DNA of 64,000 nt from Camelus ferus (Eukaryota). The position numbers and the translations under genes are program-made. The DNA lies in NCBI RefSeq assembly GCF_009834535.1, contig NC_045707.1:58592001-58656000 (forward strand), written 5' to 3'. Below, piece by piece: positions 40,201 through 52,885 of the stretch (its first letter is position 1; the number at the start of each line of letters is the position of its first letter). The notes below the pieces were generated by a model that did not search any database, was not told the DNA's origin, and saw nothing but the letters and a program-made list of their open reading frames with translations.

Positions 40201-43200
40201 AACCAAATGTGAGACTCAAATGAATTTTAATATGTGGTTCCTCTAGTAATATCGGTTAGCAACGGAACAGGTGATTTAGTAATCTGCTCCATACATATAA
40301 CAATGGATGAGGTTAGGCAACCAAATCGTATACTCAAGTTACAAAATTGTTACCAAATTTCCAGTGAATGGTAGTTAGAAATACTTATTAAGTTCTACTC
40401 TGTAAAGAGGGAGTGCTCAAAAGGGGCTTGAAGTCAGTAGAAGAATTCCATTTTGTTTTTCCTCTTCTGAAATGGAATTACCACTGTAGGTTTGCCAGAG
40501 AAAACTTTATTCCATTTTAAAGGCTATTTTTAAAGCTGAACTAAATATTTCTAATTTTTCAGAAGACTGCGTTAATGGACTTATAACTCTGATAGTCTCT
40601 TCCCCCCGCGTGTTTTTTTTTTTTTTTTTGATAGGCTCTTTCCTGGTATATAAATTGCATTTAAAGCATGATTTGTATTCTTTAGAGACATTACCCTGTG
40701 AATCTAGGACATTACTAAATTATTCACAGATTTTAACATGTACAGTTGATTTGGTGCCTAGATGAAAAGAAAGTTTTCCTCTATTTTAAAAGAATACAGT
40801 GTCAATAAAAATATTCAAGCATGTTTGGATTGTTGATGCCTCAGAGACAATGATTATCACTAAATACGGATTTTTGTATTAAATAGCGGGATTCTACAGA
40901 GTCCTCACTTCTAGACATCTGAATCTTTAATTAATAAGGATGGATAACATCACTTCTGATATTCAGAAACAGAGGCTAAGTAACCCCTCTTGGCAACCCG
41001 TTCTAATATTTTATTATCTTTTTGAGAAAACAGTTTTGTTTATGAAACATTACAGTCTTGCTTTATTTTCATCTCTCTTGGATTTGTCTGGCCCTCCAGT
41101 GGCAATGAGTATAATTCTTTAGTATGTCCTTTAGTAAGACATTACATATTTTAAGTAGAGCAACCTCATTTTTCCATTAACTTGATGTTGGTATACTTGC
41201 AATTTCTAAACTTGGCTCATGAATTTAGTCAAATATTTATCTTTACTTTTTCTCGCTCATCAGATCCTGAGCAGAAGAGCTCAGAGGAGGGGAATGGCGA
41301 TGCCATGGCCATATGGTGGTTTTATGTGGGAGTAGAGAGAATTTCCTGGCTCTCTTGTAAGTTTCTTGGTAAATGGATTCAGTAATGAGGACTTCTCAGC
41401 TTGCCGTGCATCTTCAGTGGTGCAGAAGCAGCAACTGGTAGATCATAGAGAAACAGCACTAGTCGTAACGACTCATTTTAAATAAAGACCTCTGAACTTT
41501 TCAAATTCCCTAAGAAACTGTGGTGACAATTGAATGATTTTTTTTTCATGCCAGGAAACAAGCTTATTACCTGTGAGGTCCACTCAGTAAAGTCAAAAAG
41601 CATTTGAAAATAACACCATTTCCGAGAAAGAAAGATTACCAGTGCTGCACAGTCTGACTCAGCCTTCACTTATGGCAGGACAATTTGTACATAAAACATA
41701 GTGTCTTTTCTTTGCTTATGTTTATTTTTCCAGTCATAATTAATATGTCCCTATTGTTCATAAATTGAGTTTTTAATCATAGTCATTCTATAACATAGAT
41801 GCATTAGGGCAGCCTAGAAACCATTAGAAAGTGTAGCTCAATTTTTCTTTTAAATGATGAAACAACAGAATTTTCCTACGTGTTCAGTGCGTCTTTCTCC
41901 TATCCATAATTTCAAAGAAAGTTAGCCAGAGGCATAAATTTATTGTTAAAAGTTTTGAATCCAGGAGAATTTGGACTGATTGGCATCCTATTGATGGCAG
42001 GGGTCAGAAAGATTATCTAGTTTTTTTTTGGGGGAGGCGGAGGCAGACAGATGCTGACTTCTTTAATATTTACCATATCAGCTGGTATGTGATATTTATT
42101 TTTTCATATGAAATTTAAACTATGAGATATATTGCTAGACATTTCTTTGTTCTAAATATTTTAAAATGCCCGCATCCTTGTTACTATGAGAAAAATAAGT
42201 GAGGCTATTTTAAGGCAAACAAACTGAACAAGAAACGAAAGACTCTCAAGTTCCCATTTTCCAGATGACAAAAATAGAGTAACTGGGGAAATTCAGTAAT
42301 TTGGCTCATGCCCAGACCCTGGGCCCCACCTCCCCCAGTCTCTCCCAGCCTCCCCTAGGGAGGCTTCCTTTTATGTTTGATGCGCTGTAATTCATGTTTT
42401 GTGTCATTGATCGAGACTTGGAAAATAGGTGTTTGTGGCTCATCGTCCAAATAAACATAGTTTAACCTTTCAAGTCTTGAATTTTCTTATGTATAATTAC
42501 TGAGCAGGGTATTAAGGCTGGATGAAGCTGAGTGCTTCTTCAATAATTAAAAAAATAGGTTTTTCTTTTGTAATTAATAATACTGTGATATTGATCCACG
42601 AAAATTCTTCTCTGTTCTCTACATGGAAAATTTTTGCCAGGTTCCTCTGCTTTGATTGTCAGAGCTTCCTAGTATTTCTAAAATCCTGGGTTTTTCCTTT
42701 GGATCTAAGTGAAGTGCAAACCAGAAAACAGACTGATACTCTTTTAAACTTCACATTTATAAAATGTGAATCTTTTAGTTGCCTAAAATTGGGAACATTT
42801 CTTTTTCTTTTCTTTTTTCCCTTTAGAAGGATTACAAAATAGAGTGTGCCAAGAATACTTATAGGAAAGACTGGGAATGGGGAAAAGGCATTTTATAATC
42901 ACTGAAAAAATTAAAACAAAAAACAACCTGTAACTCAATTTGGGACATCCATTTCATGCCAGAAATTAAGTAAGGAAGCTGTTGTTCAACAATTTCAGGC
43001 AAAATGGTCCCTGAGAAAATCGAGCTTAAGAGTCTTCAAAAGGCAGGTGATGTCATATCCTCCAGAAGCTGTGATTTGAAAAGCTGTTCGTGAAATTATT
43101 CCTGTACTTGTTAAGAGTAAAACAATTACTGGAGTTAAAAATCCCTAAGAATATGTTTATTGAGGTATGTCCTTTTCAAAGGACAAAGGCATGCGCTATC

Positions 43201-43532
43201 ATCAGTGAAATTAAGTGTATATATACTAAATGAGATATTGCACCACAAAAAATTTCAAATTCCTGAAAACTGAGCAGGAGGTAAAGTTTCAGGGACAATG
43301 ATGAATTTCAAGGCTTGTATATGTGCTTGGCTGATCTTGCAAAACACGCCTCGTGGTAAGTCTTCCTTATGTGTGGATGAGGACCCTGTATCAAGAGGCA
43401 GCTGCAGGAGTGAAAGGCTTGTGTTAAGGCAGGGAGGGGACTGGAGTATAATGGGGCCACCATTGACTTTGAGTAAGTTTCTCCTGGGTCTAAATTTGTC
43501 TTACTGCTTTTTATATTTTTTTCTTGCTTTTT

Positions 43533-43588
43533 ATAAACCACCATCAGTACATAAACCACCATCAGTACATAAACCACCATCAGTACAT
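43533..43588. repeat. Perfect 18-bp tandem repeat x3
   Basis: ataaaccaccatcagtac three times without mismatch. Confidence 0.97.
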
Positions 43589-43703
43589 TAACTTCCATAG
43601 TTTACGCCCAATAGGAAAGCTCTTCTCTTAGCAAAAATTACTGTGTCATTGTTTGACTCTACCCTGTCAGCTCCCCCCGCCCTCTGTTCTTCACATATTT
43701 ACT

Positions 43704-43753
43704 ATTCTTCCTTCCTTCCTTCCTTCCTTCCTTCCTTCCTTCCGTCCTTCCTT
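43704..43753. repeat. (TTCC)n microsatellite
   Basis: About 12 ttcc units with one interruption. Confidence 0.95.
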
Positions 43754-43790
43754 CATGCTAAGCATTTGCTCTACCACTGAACTGTACCCC
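43752..43790 (-). mobile_element. 3'-truncated tRNA-Ala/Vic-1 SINE head
   Basis: Minus strand ggggtacagttcagtggtagagcaaatgcttagcatgaa, homologous to the first ~40 nt of the SINE at 38701. Confidence 0.8.
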
Positions 43791-44329
43791 TACACCAACC
43801 CCCTCTGATCATGCTAACTTCTAAACTCTGTCTTCCAAATTGTGTCTTCACTCTCACTAGACAACCCCTCTCACATCATAGATTCCTCTATATAATTCCT
43901 CATAGAATAGACATAAAAGATATTTAGATAATACAAGATTATACAAAAATAGGTTAATTCCTCCCAAAATATTCCTCACATAATAGAAAATTACTCTCAT
44001 CTATGTTCTCTCAGAAAAAATAGAAGCAAACAAGCAACAATTTCCTGGACCTTTTCCATTTTTTATCCATGTCTTCTTGCTCCACAGACATGAAATGATT
44101 CTGATTTCATGGGGATTCTAACTTCCTTCCCTTCCATGTCCATCTGCTTTTTTGCCTCTTTCTGCCTTTTGCTGCAAAAGGCTGCCATTGCTTTCTCCTT
44201 TATTTTCTCTTCAAACTCTTTCCTTTGCTTGCCCTTCCCACCTTCCAGCATATTAACTGTGCAGATCTCCCCCATGAAGCAGCAGTGAAAACAAGTTACC
44301 TCGGCTTCCTTGATCCTCAAACCCATTTA

Positions 44330-45280
44330 GAGACCTGCGTGTCTGTCTCCCCTTCCGATTACATTTTACATCGTATCTCTTTCATCACCTAGAATTCTCT
44401 CCTAGACTCACTGAAGTCTGGTTCCTCACCTTTTCCCTGCATCATAGCAATTCTTTCCCCCGGGGCCATCTAAGATCTCATATTCAAGAGTTTCCAAAAT
44501 CCATTTTCCCTGCCAGGTATTGAGTTTTATTTACTTTTCCCAAATCTCTTTTACTTGCTTAGCTTTTTTTTTTTTAAATCACATCTGGCATAGTTGACAT
44601 TTCTCATTTCTCTCCTTCATGAAAAATTTTCCTCGTTTTGCCTGTGACGTTATTCTCTACGGTTCTCCTAGCATTCTGCTCACTCTTTCTCACTCATCTG
44701 TAGGGCTTCTCTTTCTGAATGCACAGAGTTCTTTCTCAGCCTTTTACTTTCTCTGAGTTTCCTGGGCTGTGTCTCATACACATGCCTCAACCTTCAGCTT
44801 TACTGATGAGCCCCAGATTCCTCTCTCCTGAGTTCCAGATCATTTCCTCCCTTCTCTCAGCAGCACATTCCCCATATTCTTTTTGTACAGCTGATAATAA
44901 CACCTGTGCCTCCTGCAGGTCAACCAGAGACCTGGGAGTCATCGGAGATTCCTTTTTCTTTTACAAGGCACATCCAATCAGGATGATTCTATGCTCTGAA
45001 TATCTCTTGTATCATCAATTCCTTTCTTACAGTCTTAGGTTCAACTCATTACATCCTGACGGCATTATTGCTCATACCTGGTCAACTTCCCACTAGTCTT
45101 GTTGCCATCCAGTCCAAACTTTTGTTACCATTAGGGCGATGTTGATAAAATTTGTATCTACACCTATAATTCCCCTAATTGAAAACCATGAGTGGTTGAT
45201 TCTCTTCAGAATCAAGTTCAAACTTACTATCTTGAGAGATGATGCCTTTCAATGAAATGGCTTCAACCTACCCCTCTCGG
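44330..45280 (+). mobile_element. L2 LINE fragment
   Basis: cactgaagtctggtt..., ggcatagttgaca...ctccttcatgaaa..., gatgagccccagattc..., cagagacctgggagtcatc, agaatcaagttcaaact. Confidence 0.75.
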
Positions 45281-45979
45281 TTAGGTAGCACATATGAATC
45301 TCAAGTTACAAATGCAAATGACAATAAATGTTGCAGTTCTTAATTTTCTCAAAGTACTTTATGACTAGCTCCAAGCTTCCATCCTTCCTGGCAGGTGGGA
45401 ATGCCAAGTTTAGTAAATATGGGCTTTGTCACTACAAGTTTGTCCCTAAGTCCTAGGGATTTGCAGAATGCCAAAATCACAGAAGTTCCAATGGTCATAA
45501 TTCCTTGCTCATCCTTGTCACCCCTGAGATGCCCACTGTCTCAGCCAGCATGGTCTCTCAATGGGTTCCTTACCCCAATGGCTCCCTGTTCTCCATCACC
45601 TGCTTGAGGCACAGGAAACTTTGGTGACATTGCAGCACCTGGGTCGGTGGCACAGTCATTTCCATCAACCTAAGGTACTGACAACCCAGCTCTCCTTATC
45701 TGTCTCAAGGAATTTCTCTTCTTACTCTCTCCTTGTCTTCAAAAGCATGCTCCCCTTATGATCCTTTTCCTGAAACTAAGCATATCTCTTCAATATATTT
45801 CTATTCTTATTAAAAGCAATAAGCAATTGACTTCTGGTTATCTTTTCTTCCCTGGAAAGGAAATCCCTCTAGGAAAGAATGGTTTACTTGCTTGACATGG
45901 AGAAGGATGTTAAGATGAAAATAAAAAAAATAGTATCTCAACAAATAATCTGCATCACTGTTGTTTCGGTTTCTGTGCA

Positions 45980-46140
45980 TATCCTAGCCATTCTGATGAC
46001 TTGCCGGCTGCCTTCCCTGCTCTGCGCCCCCCCCCCCCCCCCCGGTGCCTTTGCATGTGTTACATCTTGTCTTTCATGTCCTCCCTCTCCGTGTTCATCT
46101 AGACTTTCCTTTATGACTTACTTGAGTTCTCACTTAAAAT
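45980..46140 (+). mobile_element. L2 continuation
   Basis: cctagccattctga...gcctttgcatgtgtt...ctcacttaaaatg, collinear with the L2 ending at 45280. Confidence 0.55.
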
Positions 46141-46179
46141 GGTCTGGTCTAGGTTAAATAATAGAACATCCTATTCATA

Positions 46180-46465
46180 GCATTCATTCATTCATTTCCT
46201 CTCATTCATTCATTTATTCATCATGAATGCATACAGCAGCTATTACATGTCAGAAATGGGGCTGGGCACGGAAGATATTGCGGTGAGCAAGAGACAAGAT
46301 GACGGTCCCTAGAGAGTTGATGGTCTATCAGGAAGACAGATTTGAAAAGTGATTGCCATTCCGAATGTGGAGTATTTTTTAATAGGCAGTTCAGTGTGCT
46401 AAGGCAGCATATTATAAGGGGATAAAACCTAGTTTCGTGGTCCCTGAGGCAGTGATGTTTAAGTA
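46180..46465 (-). mobile_element. L2 3' end, reverse orientation
   Basis: (cattc)n tail, then atgtcaga...gctgggcac...ggtgagcaagagacaag...gtccct..agagttga. Confidence 0.8.
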
Positions 46466-46826
46466 CCACCCTTAAAGCAGTCATCATGCTATTTTTCAAT
46501 TTGCCACTTCTCTATCCTTTCCATTGGATTATGGGTTCTTCAAGGGCCAGGGCCAGGATTTTCATCTCTTTCAGATAAAAAAAGAAAAAATGTGTATTCA
46601 ATGATCCAAGTGAAAGTCTGTTTAGAAAATTATTTTATGCTACTTAAATTTGAAAGAGAACATTTAGAAAAAAATTACCATGAAAGCCTTAAAATATTAT
46701 AAAAATGGGTCATTTTGCTTACAGAAATTATACACAGCTAACAAGTCTTACTAAGAAACTGCTTTGCTCATAGTTGAGTTAAAATCATTGACAGAAATAA
46801 AAACCTCCATATTTTCATTTGAAATT

Positions 46827-47025
46827 TCACACCACTATCTTTTTTTTTTATTGAAGTATAGTTGATTTACAATGTTGTGTTAGTTTCTGGTGTACAGCAT
46901 AGTGATTCAGTTATACAATATACATATTTTTTCATATTCTTTTTCATTATAGATTATTACAAGCTACTGAATATAGTTCCTTGTGCTATGCAATGGGAAT
47001 CTGGTTTATCACACCACTATCTTTT
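46827..47025 (-). mobile_element. Young 5'-truncated L1 3' end with perfect 17-bp TSD
   Basis: TSD tcacaccactatctttt at 46827-46843 and 47009-47025; insert ttattgaagtatagttgatttacaatgttgtgttagtttctggtgtacagcatagtgattcag... Confidence 0.95.
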
Positions 47026-49479
47026 AAGTAATACTTTCAAATAGCAATAAAATCAATATTCACTTTCAAAGATATAAAACAGACACATTCTTCTTTCACA
47101 ATAACATCTTTTTAGGTTGGAAGTGGTCTATAACTCAAAAGGTCAAATAGAAAATGTTAATGAAAACAGAATGTAGTCAAGTCAAATAAAATAAGAAAAT
47201 AAACCAAGATTCTGCTTCAGGCATTGCAAATCTGATTTAAACAGTCTTCTCAGAAGATTAAAGCTGCTATTTACTGAAATGTAAAGTAATGTTCTTATAC
47301 TTATTTACCAATAGTTCTTCTTTTTAGCATCAGGATGTAACATTCTCCCAAAGATAATAATAATAAATTATTTTATTTGTAAAAACTAATTTAAATGATC
47401 GTTGGGAAGCTAATTGGAAAACCTGGATTTAACAAAATAGGCTAAAAAACCTTATGAAATGACTAATTACCAATATTTACTAAAGAAAGCCAATGGGTAA
47501 TTTCACTATTAATGTCTTAGAACCAAATTATAGACATTTTAATAGTGATTGAACAAGTCTATGATCATGATTGTTTCAAAGCTGTGGGAATTAATTTAAC
47601 TTTTACAAAGAAAGACTTAGCACTACATGTCCTTGGAAACTATAGTGAATTATTTATAGCAGCCAAAGATCTGTTTCCATAGAACAATGCCGACTTATGT
47701 TCCAAGGTATGCATCGTTAACCACAGAATGATTCTTGGACCCATGATAGTCTCAACAATATCACCAGGAATGTTAAGATACTCTTTATTTATGTGAAACT
47801 GTGTCATCTCTTTGTTAGTTACCATGAAGTAGGTGCTTATTAACTGATCTTTAGTTGGACAGGTCAAGAATAATTTAGGAAGAATTTTCTCCTGAAATTA
47901 AAAGTGTCAATTGCAAAATCAAATAGCAATTTAACAGCAGAATTAATTTTGCACAATTTTATGGAAAAGAAGATTATCACTAAAAAATATTTCCATTGTC
48001 TGCCCTGAACTGATTACTTCTCTCTTAGGGTCTCCAGGCTTTCATAAAGGTTTCAACAGGAGATTGGAAGGAATGTGCTGCCCACTCATGATGATGCTTC
48101 AAAAAAAAAAAGGCTCTTCAGAATGGATCAAAGGCTGTAATTTCCATGCCATTTCTGTCCAATTTTCTTTCCTCCTAATGTTTTCATTTTTGAAATGGCT
48201 ATGATTGCAATCCAATTTTGCCCACACAGCACTGCATGCTTAAATGAACCATTTGTCACAAACTTTTTGTCTTTCTGATGCTTGAGATTTTTATTTGCTT
48301 AGAAATCTTTTTTTTTCCCATTAATGTTTACCACTCAAGCTGCATTACAGTTACCTTCAGTAATTACTACCTGTAGTCGCTTACATTATTCTCTCCTCCA
48401 GATGTGGCCTCAAAAGTTCCTATTTCAAACCAATTACATGTTAGTGCTGGAATGCACTGCAGCTTCACCATTAAAGATACCCTTATGCATCCTTGAAAGA
48501 TTTTAAGTTGGATTCATCCTGACATACAAATACTAAAACTTTGAAAATGCCTAGGATTGATACTTCATGTCAATATCACAGATTGTCACGAACTCATTAG
48601 GTGTAACTGCTCCTTTCTAACACTTGACATTTTTGAATTATTCTGATGAGACTGCTCAAGTTAAATATCATAGCTACTAGTGTTTGGCATTGAACCACAT
48701 TATCTTAAGAAGCATAATGATTAGTTGACCACTTTTTGAATTTCAGGTCTTTTGATGTGGTTTAATGTCACAAAGGCTGCTTAAAATTGTCCAAACCAGT
48801 ATTACAGTCACAACAATGAACATTATAATAAATTTGCTTCCCCACTTTCCACACTCACAAAGATAAAAGGAAAATCAGTTTAAATTTAGAGTAAAACAGG
48901 TGTAGACCTTAAAGTACACACCTCCACTCCTTTCCTTGTCTTTTCATTTTCATAGATGTGTCCAGTTAGGGGAAACACTAAAGGTATATTTGGTAAAGCC
49001 TTGTGTTTTCTTTTCATATACTTGGAAAATAAAGAAGATAACTGTTAATAAATATGCTATTAGCTTAGGAGGTGCAAGAGGGGAGAAAATGGTAGGCAGC
49101 TTAAATAGTAATTTTTGGTCATGATTGTAAATATTCAGTTTATAAACAAATTTCATTCTGGGGATTTATGTATTTTTCAAAACCAAACAATATGCTATTT
49201 AGTCATTCTACCTCCTTTACCTTGTAGACATATATCACAATTCAGTTTTTTGAAAAACCCAAGTCAGTTTTTAGGAACTTTCAGAAAGTATTTTCTGATG
49301 AATTTCAACAGGCTCTGATCATTTCCCTGTGAAATCACTCCATAAGGCCGTATTTTAAAGCCTATTATTTTCCAGAACTACTTTCACTCTGGGTGTCTCC
49401 TCCTGGGTTCTGTGGCGAGTCTCTGGAGTATAGTACAATTTCACACTACTCAAAGCATTGTCTTTTCTGTATTGTGGGG

Positions 49480-49640
49480 TGGTGATGTCATGGGTTTGGT
49501 CTCAGAACCTGGTTTCAGTGCCAGCTCTTTCATAATCATCTGAGTGGTCCTCAACAAATTACTGAACTTCCTTCAGCCGCAGTTTGATCTTCTATAAAGT
49601 GATGAAGATTACAGGAGATGGTATACGGAAAAGGGCTGTC
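49480..49640 (+). mobile_element. MIR remnant
   Basis: gaacctggtttcagtgccagctct...caaattactgaacttc...cagtttgatcttctataaa. Confidence 0.7.
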
Positions 49641-49957
49641 AAGTAGTTTACAGTCTCTCCATGTTAGTTCTGATCCCTCTAATGAACTTTTCCCCCTACA
49701 CATAGGTTAACTTACATCCTTCTGTAACTTGATATGTACTTTAAAGTGTGTGAGCTCTGAGTGTAGGAACGTGCAGCCTCTCTGAGAATCTGTTTGGGGC
49801 TGGGAGAGTGATTAACATATTGGACTGTACATTTTCTCATGGTTAAAAGTTCTTTGAGGTCTGAAGTGGTTGTTGTGTTGTGGTTATTTGTTTGTTTCTT
49901 TTGTGAATTCCTTTCCCCTTTTCCCCATAGGACCTAAAATACTATATGTGTAGAGAA

Positions 49958-50222
49958 AGGCAGTATAGGTATCATAATTGGTTAAAGCTTGGAATCTGGA
50001 GTCCAACTTTTGGAGTCTGAATCATTGGCTGTGTGATGTTGGGAAAGTTACTTAAACCTTTTCTGACTCTCTTTACTCATCTCCAAAGTAGGTCTGTTGA
50101 CAATGATGCCAATCTTACTGGGTTTTTGACAAAGAAGAGTATATTTTAGTACATAAAAAGCATTAAGAATGATGACAGTGTTGGGCACATTCTGAGCACA
50201 TACACCTGTTACGTATTACTAG
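49958..50222 (+). mobile_element. MIR SINE
   Basis: aggcagtatag...ggttaaagc...tctggagtc...ggctgtgtgatgttgggaaagttacttaaacc...gggcacattctgagcac. Confidence 0.85.
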
Positions 50223-51329
50223 TTCTTGAATGACTTACACTCATATGGCTAAACAGTTCTTGCAATAAACAGAATGATTTTGTTTAAAAGCATTAAATGA
50301 ATCTGTTAGAAATAAGCATTAATTTAAGTATTTTTGAACAGTTCTGTGAGATTACAGTCTTTAAAATGTACATAAAACAAAATGATAAGGTGTACTAAGT
50401 CAAATTTTTTTTAAAGTGAACATTCTAAATAAAGTTAGAAAAACAGATTTTTAATGAAGATGAGCCAAAGCCATAAAGATTTAGAAAACTGGGTAATGTA
50501 TTATTAGGCATCTATAGTACAAATGATAGAATGCTAAGTGAATTTATGAGGTCATGAGCAGATAAGGTCTTAATAATTTTTTAGACTGGAGATTATCCTA
50601 TAAAGTCAATTCATAAATTGATGAAATGCATACTGAGAAAGGAATGTCCAAAAATTCATAGTGCAGAAGCCACAAGCAACTTAGGCATTGGAAAACATGC
50701 CGGGTAGCATAGTTGCTTTTAGTATTGTACTTAAATACAGTATAGATACTACCATTAAAAGAAACGAAGACATGGGGCAAGTCGCATAGTAGACATGACA
50801 TATGTATATTGGGTAGTGACTGACTGAGATTTTCCTATTTAACAAAGATGTCTCCTATGAAACTTAAATATAAGGAATTACATCAGTCAGTTTTTCATTC
50901 TCTGGACATCAACAGCTGCAATGATATTTAACTGAAATGATGGCTACTGGATTTAATTGACCTGTTTAATTATTTTTGTAAAAAAAGTCTGGCTATCTCC
51001 TCAATGCCAAGCCATTTTCCTTCTTAAGGTATAATTTTACTCACTCTGGCAGCTTCTATTTCTCTGCTGGATACTTCTCTATTAGAAGAATGGAGTTCCA
51101 CTGGTGAGAAATGACTCAGCAGGAAATCCAATACCTTTGTTAAGAGCACTATGGGGAAATCACTAGCTATTTAGACATAGATGAACCAAAGGTAAGTTTG
51201 TATTTATATTTCTAGGCAATTCAAAACCATGCAAGGAATACTAAAAAGTGAAGATGTCCATAGATTAATTCATCAATTGCTGAAGCCAATGGACATTTTA
51301 TCAGAATAAGATTATATCCGTCACCTCGC

Positions 51330-51565
51330 TCATTTCTTTACTTGTTTAGTAAGTATTTATTGTATAACAATTAAATGCTAAACATATAGTAATGAGCTGA
51401 GAGAGAGACAGGGTAGTTAAAAAGACAGAGCTACTCCCTTCATGGAGCCTACAATTTAGCTGAAGACTCAGACACTAAACAAGCAAATAATTACATAATT
51501 ACCTTTGTAACGGATTATACAGAGGAAAAGTATAAGGTCTAATCAGAGCATTCAAAGGGATGAAA
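51330..51565 (-). mobile_element. L2 3' end, reverse orientation
   Basis: agtatttattg...aaaagacagag...cccttcatggagcctacaatttag...cagacactaaacaag. Confidence 0.75.
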
Positions 51566-52696
51566 TCCATGCAGAGTAGCTGATAGGAGTGCTCATTAAG
51601 AGGCTTATTTAAAAGTCTAAAATACTTATCTGGAAGTTGACATGGGAAGTTTGCTTAAAAAAATATGAAATTAATACTAAAGTGCAATGCTAGGGCATCT
51701 GCTTGACAAATGGTTGCATGAAGGTAAGAAACTGAGTAAGAAAACGAAAGAGTAATTGAAATGGAGAAATAAACACCAATAAAAGAATATTTCTGTCAGA
51801 TGTGATTAATATAACTGCTTGTCATTGCATGGGAACTTTGGTAGTTTTATTGCTTGTAATTTTGTGGCTAGCTTTTATTCAACAACATAAAAGTTGAGTT
51901 TCACTGGATCTCCTTTTTAAATTGTTGCACAGATAAGTTTTGACTTAAGAAGTTTCTCTTTAACAATCTTTATTATTTTCTTTCTAACTTAGTAAAATTT
52001 ACTAGTTTACCTTCAAGTCTCAAGAAAGTTATGGCTTTTATTTCAACTGTGAGAAGGGAATGCAGTATAACATTTATTGAGCAACTACTATGCAGAACAC
52101 TCAGCTGTGTGATTTTGGGCACACAATAAACCTAATACAATGGGGTTTCAACTCCAAAGGAGCTTTGACACAATGTGCAGTGTGTGTGTACAGGTTTGTG
52201 TTCAGGAGTCCCTCTTGTGTACACATCCGTGGAGATCTAAAAAGATGTAAGTGAGACTGAGAATTGTAGAAGATAAGTAAAAGTAGAACTTGCCAACAAA
52301 ATGAAAGGGGTAAAGTTAAATTAAGTCTTTTAAGGTAATCTAATGAAAAGCAGAAATTCCAAAACCTTGCACTGAAAAACAGTCAGGATTGCAAAATTTA
52401 TATTACAAAAGCTACAAATAAGCCCTGGTGCTTTGATCAAAGGAGAAAAAGAAGAGAAAATCTTTAGGAAATAATGGAGATTAAAAAAAAATTGACAAGG
52501 TTGGCCATGCAGTATATAGAAGTCTGGGAGGGCGGAATTACAAAGCTTGGGAGTACTCTGGGTCATAAGTAAAAGCAACAGAATGGAATGCATGAAAATA
52601 TAAAATTTGGTCTATCATATCAGGAAAGGTCTTTACAGAACAGTTATTGATTATGAGAATTTTTCAAGGGAAATAGAAGCAGCTTCATCATTTGGG

Positions 52697-52885
52697 ACAT
52701 ATAACACAGGGATCTGTATTCAATATCTGGTAGTAACTTATGGTGAAAAAGAATATGAAAACGAATACGTGTATGTTCATGTATGGCTGAAGCATTGTGT
52801 TGTACACCAGAAATTGACACAACATTGTATACTGAGTATACCTCAATAAAAAAAATATACATATATACCAAAAAGAAAAAAATAA
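52697..52885 (+). mobile_element. 5'-truncated L1 3' end (camelid type)
   Basis: cacagggatctgtattcaatatctggtagtaac...gaaaaagaatatgaaaacgaatac...tgtacaccagaaattgacacaacattgta...caataaaaaaaa. Confidence 0.92.

Noticed and set aside
43293..43361. + strand donor GTG|gtaagt
   Set aside because: The candidate acceptor lacks a pyrimidine tract.
43533..43588. CRISPR-like or coding repeat
   Set aside because: Head-to-tail repeats with no spacers, in a mammalian genome.
46027..46043. C17 homopolymer
   Set aside because: Simple mononucleotide expansion inside L2 sequence; length may be a sequencing artefact.
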